Shown here piece after piece: positions 8,308 to 16,044 of a stretch of DNA of 24,000 nucleotides. This DNA is from Microvirga sp. GTDB taxonomy: Bacteria > Pseudomonadota > Alphaproteobacteria > Rhizobiales > Beijerinckiaceae. A program made the translations under genes and the position numbers. The stretch's first letter is position 1; the number at the start of each line of letters is the position of its first letter. The notes below the pieces were generated by a model. The model made no database searches. It was not told the DNA's origin and worked only from the letters and a program-made list of their open reading frames with translations. The stretch is from assembly GCA_031546825.1 (NCBI GenBank), contig JAVBJU010000002.1, forward strand, positions 124,453 to 148,452. Reading direction: 5' to 3'.

Positions 8308-9645
8308 ATGAAAACAATCCGTATCGGATCGGCTGCTGGCTATTCCGGCGACCGCATAGAACCCGCGGTGGAGCTCGCTGAAAAAGGCAATTTGAACTAT
8401 CTCGTGTTCGAATGCCTTGCCGAGCGCACCATCGCCATCGCCCAGCAGGCCAAGATGAATGACCCGACCAAGGGCTACGACGCCCTTCTGGTCGAGCGCA
8501 TGCAGGCTGTGCTCAAGCTGTGCCATGAGCGCGGCATCAAGATCATCACCAATATGGGCGCAGCCAACCCGCAGGCTGGTGCGCAAAAGGTGGTTGAGGT
8601 TGCCCGTTCACTCGGCATCAAGAACCTCAAGGTCGCAGCTGTTTCCGGCGATGACGTGCTCGCGGAACTCAAGGCAGGCAGCTATACCATCGAAGAAACC
8701 GGGAAGCCGGTTAAAGAGATGGAAAACAGCCTCGTCTCGGCCAATGCCTATATGGGCGCTGAACCGCTTGTTCAGGCACTGAAAGACGGCGCTGATGTCA
8801 TCATCACCGGGCGCGTTGCCGACCCGTCGCTGTTCCTTGCGCCGCAGATCCATGAATTTGGCTGGGCTCTCGACGATTGGGAGCGTCTGGGTCGCGGCAC
8901 CGTGACCGGGCATCTGCTCGAATGCGCGGGCCAAATCACCGGCGGCTACTACGCCGATCCCGGCAAGAAGGACATTCCTGGCCTTGCCCGCCTCGGCTTC
9001 CCGCTGGCGGAGATCGACCAAGATGGCCACGTCGTCATCACCAAGGTTGATGGCTCCGGCGGCATGGTGGCGGAATCCACCTGCAAAGAGCAGATGCTCT
9101 ATGAGTTGCACGACCCCGTGGCCTACCTCACCCCGGACGTGACCGCCGATTTCTCCGGCGTCACGTTCCATCAGGACGGCAAAGACCGTGTCCGCGTTCA
9201 AGGTGCTAAGGGGCGCGCACGCCCTGACACACTGAAGGTTTCGGTTGGCTTTGTTGATAGCTATGTCGGTGAAGGGCAAATGTCCTATGCCGGTCCCAAT
9301 GCGCTGGCGCGGGCCAAACTTGCCCTCGACATCGTGCGCGAACGGTTGAAGCTCACCGGTGTGCAGACCACCGAATTGCGTTTCGATCTCATCGGCGTCA
9401 ATTCGATTCACGGCGACAAGCTGTCAGAAGGCTCTGAGCCCTATGAAGTGCGCATCCGTGTCACCGGTCGCACCGAGAACATGAAGGAAGCGGTGCGCAT
9501 CGGCAATGAAGTCGAGACGCTCTACACCAACGGCCCGGCGGGCGGCGGCGGCGCATTCAAATCAGCGCGCCAGATCGTTGCCATGGGCTCGGCTTATCTA
9601 CCGCGCGCGAAAGCCGTGCCGGTTGTCGAATATATGGAGGCCTGA
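8308..9645 (+). CDS. AtuA-like protein (DUF1446, acyclic terpene utilisation AtuA family N-terminal part), biochemical function unknown
   Basis: MKTIRIGSAAGYSGDRIEPAVELAEKGNLNYLVFECLAERTIA...ITNMGAANP...VITGRVADPSLFLAP...GHLLECAGQITGGYYADP, as I remember the DUF1446 signature. A GAGG RBS is present. The gene follows the transporter after 14 nt. Confidence 0.75.
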   Translation: MKTIRIGSAAGYSGDRIEPAVELAEKGNLNYLVFECLAERTIAIAQQAKMNDPTKGYDALLVERMQAVLKLCHERGIKIITNMGAANPQAGAQKVVEVARSLGIKNLKVAAVSGDDVLAELKAGSYTIEETGKPVKEMENSLVSANAYMGAEPLVQALKDGADVIITGRVADPSLFLAPQIHEFGWALDDWERLGRGTVTGHLLECAGQITGGYYADPGKKDIPGLARLGFPLAEIDQDGHVVITKVDGSGGMVAESTCKEQMLYELHDPVAYLTPDVTADFSGVTFHQDGKDRVRVQGAKGRARPDTLKVSVGFVDSYVGEGQMSYAGPNALARAKLALDIVRERLKLTGVQTTELRFDLIGVNSIHGDKLSEGSEPYEVRIRVTGRTENMKEAVRIGNEVETLYTNGPAGGGGAFKSARQIVAMGSAYLPRAKAVPVVEYMEA

Positions 9646-9646
9646 G

Positions 9647-9958
9647 ATGAAGCTTTACGATATTGCCCATTCACGCACGGGCGACAAGGGCAACACCTCG
9701 AACATCTCCCTTATCGCTTACGACATGAAGCACTATGCGCTCCTCGAGAAATACGTCACCGCCGACAAGGTCAAGGAGCATTTCTCCGACACCGTGCAGG
9801 GCAAAGTGGTGCGTAAGGAGATCCCGAGCATCGGCGCGCTGAACTTCATCATGTACGAAGCGCTCGGCGGCGGTGTGACCCGCTCACTGGCCCTTGACGC
9901 CCACGGCAAATGCCTTGGGGCTGGGCTCTTGAGTTTGGAAATACCAGACACACTTTAA
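9647..9958 (+). CDS. AtuA-like ferredoxin-fold protein (DUF4387), the small partner of DUF1446
   Basis: MKLYDIAHSRTGDKGNTSNISLIAYD...GALNFIMYEALGGGVTRSL. I use the ATG at 9647, directly after the upstream TGA (9643-9645), with GGAGG 6 nt upstream. The track's longer ORF from 9506 would overlap the previous gene by 140 nt. Confidence 0.75.
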   Translation: MKLYDIAHSRTGDKGNTSNISLIAYDMKHYALLEKYVTADKVKEHFSDTVQGKVVRKEIPSIGALNFIMYEALGGGVTRSLALDAHGKCLGAGLLSLEIPDTL

Positions 9959-10025
9959 AAGAATTCGGCGCAGTTCCCCCACCGCGCCGAACCCCATGGG
10001 TTCCATAACAAGAAGCCGTGGGTAT

Positions 10026-10066
10026 AAAACTCCGGAAGGTTACCCCCAACCTTCCGGAGTTTTTTT
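10026..10066. terminator. Bidirectional rho-independent terminator between convergent operons
   Basis: aaaactccggaagg-ttaccccca-accttccggagttttttt forms a perfect GC-rich stem flanked by an A-run on one side and a T-run on the other. It lies between the stop at 9958 (+) and the stop at 10069 (-). Two further hairpins precede it (ttcggcgc...gcgccgaa at 9964-9991 and gaaccc-cat-gggttc at about 9989-10003). Confidence 0.8.
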
Positions 10067-10068
10067 AT

Positions 10069-10614
10069 TCAGGGGCGAACGAATACATCTTTTGCCCGTT
10101 GGGAGCGGCGCAGATACGCGCTTATCATCAGGGCGGGAATAACCATCCATACAATCGTCAATGAGATTGAGCGGTCCGCTGCGAAAAACTCTGGCGCCAA
10201 CGACGCCATGATCGTGGGACCACAGATATTCCATATCACCATTGCCAGTAATAATGGGACACAATATTTGCGGAAGCGGCGGCTTTTATCGATAAATCTC
10301 AGTATCAACCAGGCCACCGCAGCGGCCAGCACAAGCACTCCGATGCTATACACAAATTCCACGACCATAACGATGCGAAAGCGAAGCGCGATACTGGTGT
10401 CCAAGAGCAAGTCTGGGAGACCCGAAGCAAGATCGAGTAAGGCAGAACCTCGGATCCAGGCCGTCATCAGGCCAGCCCCCACAATCATGCAGAGATAAAC
10501 CCCGATACCAATAAGCCAGACATTCATCCGTTGCGGCTGCAGCCTCGACTGGAAGGAAGACAATTCCTCCAAAAACGCATCGTTGCTGTCTGTTGGTGCT
10601 TCATCGGCTTTCAT
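10069..10614 (-). CDS. Hypothetical integral membrane protein (about 4 TM segments)
   Basis: The ATG at 10614 has a GGGGGAG RBS. The gene lies 20 nt downstream of the ymdB-like stop. Hydrophobic stretches include VWLIGIGVYLCMIVGAGLMTAWI, VVEFVYSIGVLVLAAAVAWLIL, VPLLLAMVIWNICGPTIMA and LTIVWMVIPALMISAYL. I recognise no family. Confidence 0.6.
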   Translation of the reverse strand: MKADEAPTDSNDAFLEELSSFQSRLQPQRMNVWLIGIGVYLCMIVGAGLMTAWIRGSALLDLASGLPDLLLDTSIALRFRIVMVVEFVYSIGVLVLAAAVAWLILRFIDKSRRFRKYCVPLLLAMVIWNICGPTIMASLAPEFFAADRSISLTIVWMVIPALMISAYLRRSQRAKDVFVRP

Positions 10615-10634
10615 GGCTCCCCCAATTTAAGAAC

Positions 10635-11456
10635 TCATTCCCAAAAGCCTGGTCGGCTTTCCTCAAGATGCGGGCCGATGCGCACGGCGGCGACATGGGT
10701 GGCGAGGCCGGTTCTGTCGTCGGTCTCGATGGCGATCCCCGATAAGGTCCCCTCGCCTTCCCCCGGCTCAAGCCGCGTGCCCGGCGTCTTTTGCAGGAAG
10801 CGGCGGATCGCCTCTTCCTTCTTCATGCCAAGCACGGAATCATAATCGCCACACATGCCCGCGTCCGACATATAGGCAGTGCCCCCAGTGAGAATGCGGT
10901 GGTCACCGGTCGGGGCATGGGTGTGGGTGCCAACCACAAGCGAAACCCGCCCATCAAAATGATGGCCAAAAGCCTGCTTCTCGCTGGTTGCCTCAGCGTG
11001 GACATCAAGAATGATGGCATCCGAAACCTGGGCGAGCGGGCATTGGGAAATTTCGCGCTCGGCGGCGGCGAACGGGTCATCGAGCGCATCCATATACAGG
11101 CGGCCCATGACGCTGATGACGAGCAATCGCTTGCCGGAATGGGTATCGATGAGAGTTGCACCGCGCCCCGGTGTACCCGGCGGGTAATTGGCGGGACGCA
11201 GGAGCCTCTGTTGGCGTTCGATGTAAACCAGCGTCTCGCGCTGGTCGAAAGAGTGGTTGCCAAGCGTGACGGCATCGGCACCCGACGCCAGCAGATCATT
11301 ACAGATGGCCTCAGTCAGGCCAAAACCACCAGCGGCGTTCTCGCCGTTGATGACAACGGCATCAAGCAGCCATTGCTCACGCAACGCTGGCAATCGATCA
11401 GAAACCGCCTGACGGCCGGGACGACCCACCACATCACCAAGAAACAAAAGCCGCAT
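10635..11456 (-). CDS. YmdB-like (TIGR00282) metallophosphoesterase
   Basis: MRLLFLGDVVGRPGR...VVINGENAAGGFGLT...TLGNHSFD...DVHAEATSEKQAFGHHFDGRVSLVVGTHTHAPTGDHRIL.GGTAYMSDAGMCGDYDSVLGM is the diagnostic motif set. Confidence 0.88.
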   Translation of the reverse strand: MRLLFLGDVVGRPGRQAVSDRLPALREQWLLDAVVINGENAAGGFGLTEAICNDLLASGADAVTLGNHSFDQRETLVYIERQQRLLRPANYPPGTPGRGATLIDTHSGKRLLVISVMGRLYMDALDDPFAAAEREISQCPLAQVSDAIILDVHAEATSEKQAFGHHFDGRVSLVVGTHTHAPTGDHRILTGGTAYMSDAGMCGDYDSVLGMKKEEAIRRFLQKTPGTRLEPGEGEGTLSGIAIETDDRTGLATHVAAVRIGPHLEESRPGFWE

Positions 11457-11460
11457 ACCA

Positions 11461-12042
11461 TCACTCCGCCACTCGTATCGTCTCCGCCTCGGTCACAATC
11501 ATGCGCAAGGGCTGATCATGGGGTTCCCGCGGCAGCGCAACCTGTTCCTGCATAGCGAAGGCGACACCGATTGTCATGGGGGCACGCGGATGTTGCGCAC
11601 CGGCAAGCGCACGGTCATAGAACCCCTTGCCATAGCCAAGCCGCGTGCCTGAGCGGTCAAAGGCCGCAAGCGGCACGAGAATAACCTCGGGCTGAACAAC
11701 GGCAGCCTTCGCGTCGGGCTCCATCACACCGAAGGGTTTGCGGGTGAGAGCCGCGCCCGGTTGCCAGGCCCGGAACACCAACGTCTCCCCGGTCATCACC
11801 GGCAGAGCGATGCATCTCCCTGTCGCGCTTAAATTCTCCATGAGCGGGCGTAGATCCACCTCGCCTGCAAGCGGCCAGAATGCAGCGACGGATTTAGCCT
11901 GGGAGATTTCGGGAAGCGTGGCGATGTGGGAGCACAGCAGGGCAGATGCGGATGCGCGCCAATCCGCCGACAGGGCGTCGCGTCGGGCCACAATCTCCCG
12001 ACGCAGAATAGTCTTTTGCTCCGCAGGAAATGGTGTGTTCAT
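11461..12042 (-). CDS. ygfA: 5-formyltetrahydrofolate cyclo-ligase
   Basis: The length is 193 aa. Motifs: KTILRREIVARRDAL..., AAFWPLAGEVDLRPL, ILVPLAAFDRSGTRLGYGKGFYDR. The gene sits immediately downstream of the 6S RNA candidate, as in E. coli ssrS-ygfA. Confidence 0.88.
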   Translation of the reverse strand: MNTPFPAEQKTILRREIVARRDALSADWRASASALLCSHIATLPEISQAKSVAAFWPLAGEVDLRPLMENLSATGRCIALPVMTGETLVFRAWQPGAALTRKPFGVMEPDAKAAVVQPEVILVPLAAFDRSGTRLGYGKGFYDRALAGAQHPRAPMTIGVAFAMQEQVALPREPHDQPLRMIVTEAETIRVAE

Positions 12043-12055
12043 GGCGGGCTTTCAT

Positions 12056-12105
12056 AAAAAAACCGCGCGAGAGAGATGTTTCACCGAAACACCTGTCTCG
12101 CGCGG
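12056..12105 (-). terminator. Rho-independent terminator at the 3' end of the 6S RNA candidate, immediately upstream of the 5-FCL start
   Basis: On the minus strand, ccgcgcgaga...tctcgcgcgg forms perfect 10-bp arms (plus-strand 12063-12072 / 12096-12105) with an inner gtttc/gaaac stem. Seven U follow (plus-strand A-run 12056-12062). Confidence 0.7.
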
Positions 12106-12260
12106 TGCGGGCCACGAAAGCCGTTGGAGTGCTGATCCCGGGTACCTACATAGTAGGTGGGCGCCGTATATCCAGGTCCACGGACCTGGTCAGGGACAGC
12201 TCCCTAGGGGATCGTAAGGCCCCGGGGAAATGTCTCCTGACGAGCCCCACAGCACCGCAT
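12100..12260 (-). ncRNA. ssrS: 6S RNA (SsrS) candidate
   Basis: Position: a non-coding 290-nt gap directly upstream of, and co-oriented with, ygfA-like 5-FCL.
Fold done by eye on the minus strand:
- the 5' GCGGUGC (12252-12258) pairs perfectly with the 3' GCACCGC (12103-12109) as a closing stem;
- further paired segments are CGU/ACG, GGAG/CUCC and CCCGGG/CCCGGG, separated by internal loops;
- an apical hairpin CCAGGUCC-GU-GGACCUGG forms near 12166-12183.
A promoter-like element and a terminator flank the candidate. The ends are approximate. Confidence 0.7.
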
Positions 12261-12264
12261 CCCT

Positions 12265-12293
12265 AATGTAATGGCCGCCTCTTGCTTTTGCCA
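12265..12293 (-). promoter_or_regulatory. Candidate sigma-70-type promoter of the 6S RNA
   Basis: On the minus strand, TGGCAA (or CTGGCA) is followed by a 17-18-nt spacer and then TACATT. The -10 element ends 6-7 nt before the first base of the predicted closing stem (about 12258). Confidence 0.35.
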
Positions 12294-12332
12294 GCCCTTA
12301 GAGCAGGAAATATGCCCTTTCAGGCAAATCAT

Positions 12333-12614
12333 TCAGATCAACCCGGCATCGCGAATTTTTTGCTCTATTTCCTGTTCACTGAGGAGGTTTTTCAGGCCTA
12401 TCACCTTGGTCTTGGCCCCGACCTTGAAATTGCTGACGAGGGAATCGGTGCAGAACACCACATCATAATTCGAGGCAACGCTCTTTGCCTCTCCCACCGA
12501 CATATGGCCGACATCGGCTGGCAGGTTCAGTTTCTTGAAGACGTTGGATATCTTCATCTTGATAATCTGTGATGTGCCCATTCCGTTGCCGCACGCGGCG
12601 ATGACCTTCAGCAT
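12333..12614 (-). CDS. ulaB: PTS ascorbate-family EIIB component
   Basis: MLKVIAACGNGMGTSQIIKMKISNVFKKL... contains the phosphorylatable Cys in the AACGNGMGTS motif, as in E. coli UlaB/SgaB. I use the ATG at 12614 with a GGGAGAG RBS. The track ORF's 18-aa N-terminal extension is rejected. Confidence 0.88.
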   Translation of the reverse strand: MLKVIAACGNGMGTSQIIKMKISNVFKKLNLPADVGHMSVGEAKSVASNYDVVFCTDSLVSNFKVGAKTKVIGLKNLLSEQEIEQKIRDAGLI

Positions 12615-12661
12615 TACTCTCTCCCTAAACGGAAATTGCCCGGTCTTTGGCCCGGGAGGAA

Positions 12662-12685
12662 CCGGCACCCCTCATGGGGTGCCGG
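12662..12685 (-). other. Intercistronic stem-loop between ulaA and ulaB
   Basis: ccggcacccc-tcat-ggggtgccgg is a perfect 10-bp GC-rich stem with a 4-nt loop. It starts 15 nt after the ulaA stop. No U-run follows on the transcribed strand, so it is not a canonical terminator. Confidence 0.6.
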
Positions 12686-12700
12686 ATCGTAAGGCGGACT

Positions 12701-14149
12701 TCAGATTTCCCCCACGGCCGTCTCGAAATAGCCCTTCCTGTTTCTGCGATGTTGCAGTTGCGGAATGATGAGCATACCGATGACGAGGACACCGATGGCA
12801 AGCGCTCCGAAGTTCTGGATCAGCCATCCATAGACCGGCCACAGCGTATCCCAGTCGAAGTTGCCATGCCAACCACCGAATTCGGCAAGTCCGAAGGCAC
12901 CGGCGGCGAACGCCCCGCCGAACACCTGGATGAGGCCGGAGCAGAAGCACAGGATGACCAGCGCCCGGAACCCGCCGCGCCGGTTGGCAAACACGCCGAT
13001 TGTCGCGTTGTCGAAGAACACCGGCACAAAACCCGGAATAATCAGAACCGGCGACTTGAAGGCGATCAGCAGCATCACGGCAACGAACTGCCCGATGGCA
13101 CCGAACAGGAAGCCGAACAGGATCGAGTTGCCACCGGCTTTATCAAAACCATAAGTCGCGGCGCAGTCGATGGCGGGCAAGGCACCCTTGAGCAACCTGT
13201 CGGAAATCCCTTTGAAGGATTCGGTCATTTCGGAGACGAACATACGCACGCCAGCCGCGAGAATGTAGAGGTACACCGCGAATTGCAGGGTGGTTTTCAG
13301 CACGTATTTAAGGAACCATTCGCCCGAGCCCGCCGCGTAGAACTTCTTGGCCGCGAGATATTCCGGCCCGAGAATGCAGAGGATTGCGCCGAAAAACACC
13401 AGCATCAGAGTGGAGGTGGCGACAACATTGTCGTTGAAAATCTGGAGGAAGCCCGGCAGCTTCAGGTTCTCAACCGACTTCTCCCTGTTGCCGATCACCG
13501 GCGACAGCTTGTAGGTCAGCCAGACACCGAACATCTGCTGGTGGCCAACGGCAAAGCCAGAATTGTCCGTAAGCTCTTGTGTCGCCTCGACGGTGAGGTT
13601 TGAGAACACCGCCCAATAAGTGCCGACCAGAATACCGCAGATCACCACGCCCCAGGCATTGTTCTGGAGAATCGGTACACCGATGAAGATGATCCACAAG
13701 CCGGTCGTGGCCTGCTGCAACATGATGTGACCGGTGATGAAGAGCGTGCGGATCTTGGTATAATCACGCAAAGCCACCAGAATGATGTTCCAGATGAAGG
13801 CAACAAGCAGCGCCATCATGATCAATGAGGTGGTCCAGCCCGCCTTGGCGAAGGCTGAGTTCACCGCATTGAAACCGAAATACGGATCAATAACCGCGGC
13901 ATGGAGACCGAAGCGCTCGTTGAGCCCGGTCAGGATCGGACGGAAGGAACTGACCAGCCCCCCCGAACCGACCTGCAGGATAAAGAAGCCAACAGCGGCC
14001 TTGATGAAGCCGGAAAAGCAATCATACCAGGGCTTGCGCATCAGCATGTAGCCGATGAGCACGAGCAGGCCGATGAAGATGGCTGGCTCCGCCATGATAT
14101 TGACGAAGACGCTCTGCCAGATGCTGATGATAAAGTTAAAACTATCCAT
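12701..14149 (-). CDS. ulaA: PTS ascorbate-specific EIIC permease
   Basis: This is a 482-aa polytopic protein. GHIMLQQATTG, FAVGHQQMFGVWLTYKLSP, ENLKLPGFLQIFNDN, LPAIDCAATYGF and IIPGFVPVFFDNATIGVFAN closely track my recollection of E. coli UlaA/SgaT. Confidence 0.9.
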   Translation of the reverse strand: MDSFNFIISIWQSVFVNIMAEPAIFIGLLVLIGYMLMRKPWYDCFSGFIKAAVGFFILQVGSGGLVSSFRPILTGLNERFGLHAAVIDPYFGFNAVNSAFAKAGWTTSLIMMALLVAFIWNIILVALRDYTKIRTLFITGHIMLQQATTGLWIIFIGVPILQNNAWGVVICGILVGTYWAVFSNLTVEATQELTDNSGFAVGHQQMFGVWLTYKLSPVIGNREKSVENLKLPGFLQIFNDNVVATSTLMLVFFGAILCILGPEYLAAKKFYAAGSGEWFLKYVLKTTLQFAVYLYILAAGVRMFVSEMTESFKGISDRLLKGALPAIDCAATYGFDKAGGNSILFGFLFGAIGQFVAVMLLIAFKSPVLIIPGFVPVFFDNATIGVFANRRGGFRALVILCFCSGLIQVFGGAFAAGAFGLAEFGGWHGNFDWDTLWPVYGWLIQNFGALAIGVLVIGMLIIPQLQHRRNRKGYFETAVGEI

Positions 14150-14209
14150 CGTGAATCACCCTTGCTGAATACCGGGCGGCCCCATGGGGGCAGTTTCCGG
14201 TGCGGGCGG

Positions 14210-14241
14210 AAAAAAGCCGGAGCCCCTTGCGAGGCACCGGC
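14210..14241 (-). terminator. Intrinsic terminator/attenuator between ulaG and ulaA
   Basis: The minus strand reads GCCGGUGCCUC-GCAA-GGGGCUCCGGC followed by UUUUUU. This gives 5 + 5 bp with one U-U mismatch and one G-U pair, capped by a GNRA (GCAA) tetraloop. It begins 6 nt after the ulaG stop and lies 60 nt before the ulaA ATG. Confidence 0.65.
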
Positions 14242-14247
14242 GCTGGA

Positions 14248-15312
14248 TCAGAGGAATGACGGGAACGGCAAGTCCGTCTCGCCGGTAAAGGCGTCTTCGA
14301 AGCCGCGCGGGTAATGGTACTCCCGCTTGTCCTTGTCATTCGGATAGACGAATTTACCGCCAACCTGCCAGATATACGGCTTAAAACCGTATTGCAGGCG
14401 ATCCTTACGCATTTCCCAAAGCGCAGAGATTTCCATCGGATCCGCCTGGAAGTTTGACCAGATGTCATGATGGAATGGCATTACCACTTTGCAATTCAAC
14501 GCTTCCGCCATGCGCAGAATATCCGACGAGGTCATCTTGTCGGTAATCCCGCGCGGGTTTTCGCCGAAGGAGCCGAGCGCAACGTCAATCTCATAATCAT
14601 TGCCGTGCTTGGCGTAGTGATTGGAGTAATGAGAATCGCCCGAGTGGTAGAGGGAGCCGCCCGGCGTGCGGAACAGATAGTTCACCGCGCGCGCGTTCAT
14701 GTCCTTGGGCATCGCATCCTTGCACTTCACGTCGGCGGGCTGGGTGATGAGCACGGTGCGGTCGAAGGATTCGAGCACGATAATCTCGATATCCTTGATC
14801 TTCACCACATCACCCGGCTTCACCACCTTGCAGCGGTCTGCCGGAACGCCCCATTTCTTCCACAGATCCACACAGCTCTGCGGCCCGATGAACGGCACAG
14901 AAGCATCACAGTTTTTCAGAACTGCGGCGGCAACATTCACGTCGATATGATCGTTATGATCGTGCGTCGACATCACAGCGTCGATCTTTTTGATCGCAAA
15001 CGGGTCAAGCACGAAGGGCGACAGGCGCAGATTGGGCTGCAATTGCTTGCCACCGCTCATGCGCGCCATCTGGTGATGGGGAATCATCCATGGATTCTTG
15101 CGGCTTCGCTTACCAGTGCCGCACCACAGGTCGATGCAGATATTGGCGTCGCCCTGGGTCTTGATCCACAACCCGGTGCAGCCGAGCCACCACATGGCAA
15201 AGGTGCCAGGCTGGACGACCTCGGCTTCGATTTCTTCGTTAAGCCAGGTTCCCCATTGGGGAAATGTGCTCAAAACCCACGATTCTTTGGTGATTTCGTC
15301 AATGGTACTCAT
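14248..15312 (-). CDS. ulaG: L-ascorbate-6-phosphate lactonase
   Basis: [29 protein letters not shown]...[12 protein letters not shown]...[16 protein letters not shown]...[14 protein letters not shown]...[12 protein letters not shown]...[11 protein letters not shown]...[11 protein letters not shown] is near-colinear with E. coli UlaG as I recall it. The start is the ATG at 15312 with a GGGAGAG RBS. Confidence 0.92.
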   Translation of the reverse strand: MSTIDEITKESWVLSTFPQWGTWLNEEIEAEVVQPGTFAMWWLGCTGLWIKTQGDANICIDLWCGTGKRSRKNPWMIPHHQMARMSGGKQLQPNLRLSPFVLDPFAIKKIDAVMSTHDHNDHIDVNVAAAVLKNCDASVPFIGPQSCVDLWKKWGVPADRCKVVKPGDVVKIKDIEIIVLESFDRTVLITQPADVKCKDAMPKDMNARAVNYLFRTPGGSLYHSGDSHYSNHYAKHGNDYEIDVALGSFGENPRGITDKMTSSDILRMAEALNCKVVMPFHHDIWSNFQADPMEISALWEMRKDRLQYGFKPYIWQVGGKFVYPNDKDKREYHYPRGFEDAFTGETDLPFPSFL

Positions 15313-15429
15313 GGCTCTCCCGCTCTCTTGTTCCCGGCGGAACTTCAACTGATGCGATGCGCCGCCCCTCTCAGGTGAATTCAGAACACCCTTCCGAGGC
15401 TTTAAAAAAGACTAGACCAAAAATTCATT

Positions 15430-15445
15430 TTGTCGATCATTATTT
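15430..15445. promoter_or_regulatory. Copy 1 of an exact 16-nt repeat, TTGTCGATCATTATTT (minus strand AAATAATGATCGACAA), upstream of ulaG
   Basis: It is identical to 16045-16060. On the minus strand it contains a -10-like AATAAT followed by ATGATCGACAA. It lies in the 192-nt gap between the ulaC stop and the ulaG start. Confidence 0.5.
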
Positions 15446-15454
15446 AGTATGTTT

Positions 15455-15490
15455 TGAACGATTAATGAAAAATACGAACATTTATCGAAC
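15455..15490. promoter_or_regulatory. Cluster of TGAAC/GAAC half-sites (candidate DeoR/UlaR operator) upstream of ulaG
   Basis: The sequence is TGAACGATtaatgaaaaataCGAACAtttatCGAACA. It includes one of three TGAACGAT octamers in the ula control regions and a GAAC-N7-GAAC direct repeat. Confidence 0.45.
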
Positions 15491-15504
15491 ACCCACGACC
15501 TCCG

Positions 15505-15960
15505 TCACAGACACTTGTCCATCAGCGCAACCGCGTCATCCACCGTTCGGCAGGCGCGTATCCGGTCGAAATTGTCAGGGTCTTCAAACAAGGTGACGAT
15601 CTGCACGATGCCGGTTTCGGTGTGCTCCTGCGCGCTCTTCGCCGCCAGCGTAATAAGAATATCTATTGGGTCGTTATCCGGATCACCAAAATTGACCGGC
15701 GTTTTCAGTGTAACCAGCGCAAATCCGGTTTGTTTGACACCCTCTTCCGGACGCCCATGCGGCATGGCCAGCCCCGGCGCAATCAGAAAATAGGGGCCAT
15801 ATTTCTCCACGCCATCGAGAATCGCCTGATAATAACGCGGCTCCGTCACATCGGCCGCGACCAGCAAATCGGCGCCAAGCTTGACGGCTTCCTGCCAAGT
15901 GGTCGCCTCGGCCTGCAACAGTATGGAATTATTGGCCTTCAAGGATTCCTGTAATTTCAT
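15505..15960 (-). CDS. ulaC: PTS ascorbate-family EIIA component
   Basis: [86 protein letters not shown]... closely tracks E. coli UlaC, including the phospho-His context [12 protein letters not shown] use the ATG at 15960, the sixth codon of the track ORF. Confidence 0.9.
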   Translation of the reverse strand: MKLQESLKANNSILLQAEATTWQEAVKLGADLLVAADVTEPRYYQAILDGVEKYGPYFLIAPGLAMPHGRPEEGVKQTGFALVTLKTPVNFGDPDNDPIDILITLAAKSAQEHTETGIVQIVTLFEDPDNFDRIRACRTVDDAVALMDKCL

Positions 15961-16044
15961 GACCCGCCTATCCATCTTCCAAACCCGCCCAACGGCCGCA
16001 GATAGCGCTGCGACCTTTGATAAAATCTATCATAAAGCCCAAGC

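Noticed and set aside
9506-9646. Longer N-terminus for the DUF4387 ORF (track start at 9506)
   Set aside because: It would overlap the DUF1446 gene by 140 nt in another frame and encodes an Arg/Ala-rich stretch. The ATG at 9647, with GGAGG upstream, gives the family-typical MKLYDIAHSRTGDKG start.
12647-13603. 318-aa plus-strand ORF antisense to ulaA
   Set aside because: It lies entirely within, and antisense to, a gene with an unmistakable UlaA translation. Its product is low-complexity and Arg/Gly/Glu-rich with no RBS. This is the typical shadow ORF of GC-rich DNA.
9989-14190. Recurring CCCC(T)CATGGGG-type palindromic cores (about 9990, 12668 and 14181), considered as a REP-like repeat family
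   Set aside because: The shared core is only about 10 nt and self-complementary. The flanks differ, and each instance is adequately explained as a local hairpin. This is not enough to call a repeat family from one window.
14467-15378. 303-aa plus-strand ORF antisense to ulaG. Similar long antisense ORFs occur at 1712-2581, 2620-3288, 8608-9411, 10791-11555, 16074-16742 and 23144-23656.
   Set aside because: Each is fully covered by an opposite-strand gene with a strong family-level translation. None has a convincing RBS or a recognisable domain.
15476-15490. GAAC-N7-GAAC (GAACATTTATCGAAC), which matches the Rhizobiales LexA/SOS box form
   Set aside because: It sits upstream of ulaG, not of a repair gene. 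It is one member of a family of GAAC/GTTC repeats with variable spacing (N4, N5, N7) confined to the ula control regions. I found no such box upstream of yebC-ruvC or ruvA. An operator for the locus DeoR regulator is the more economical reading.
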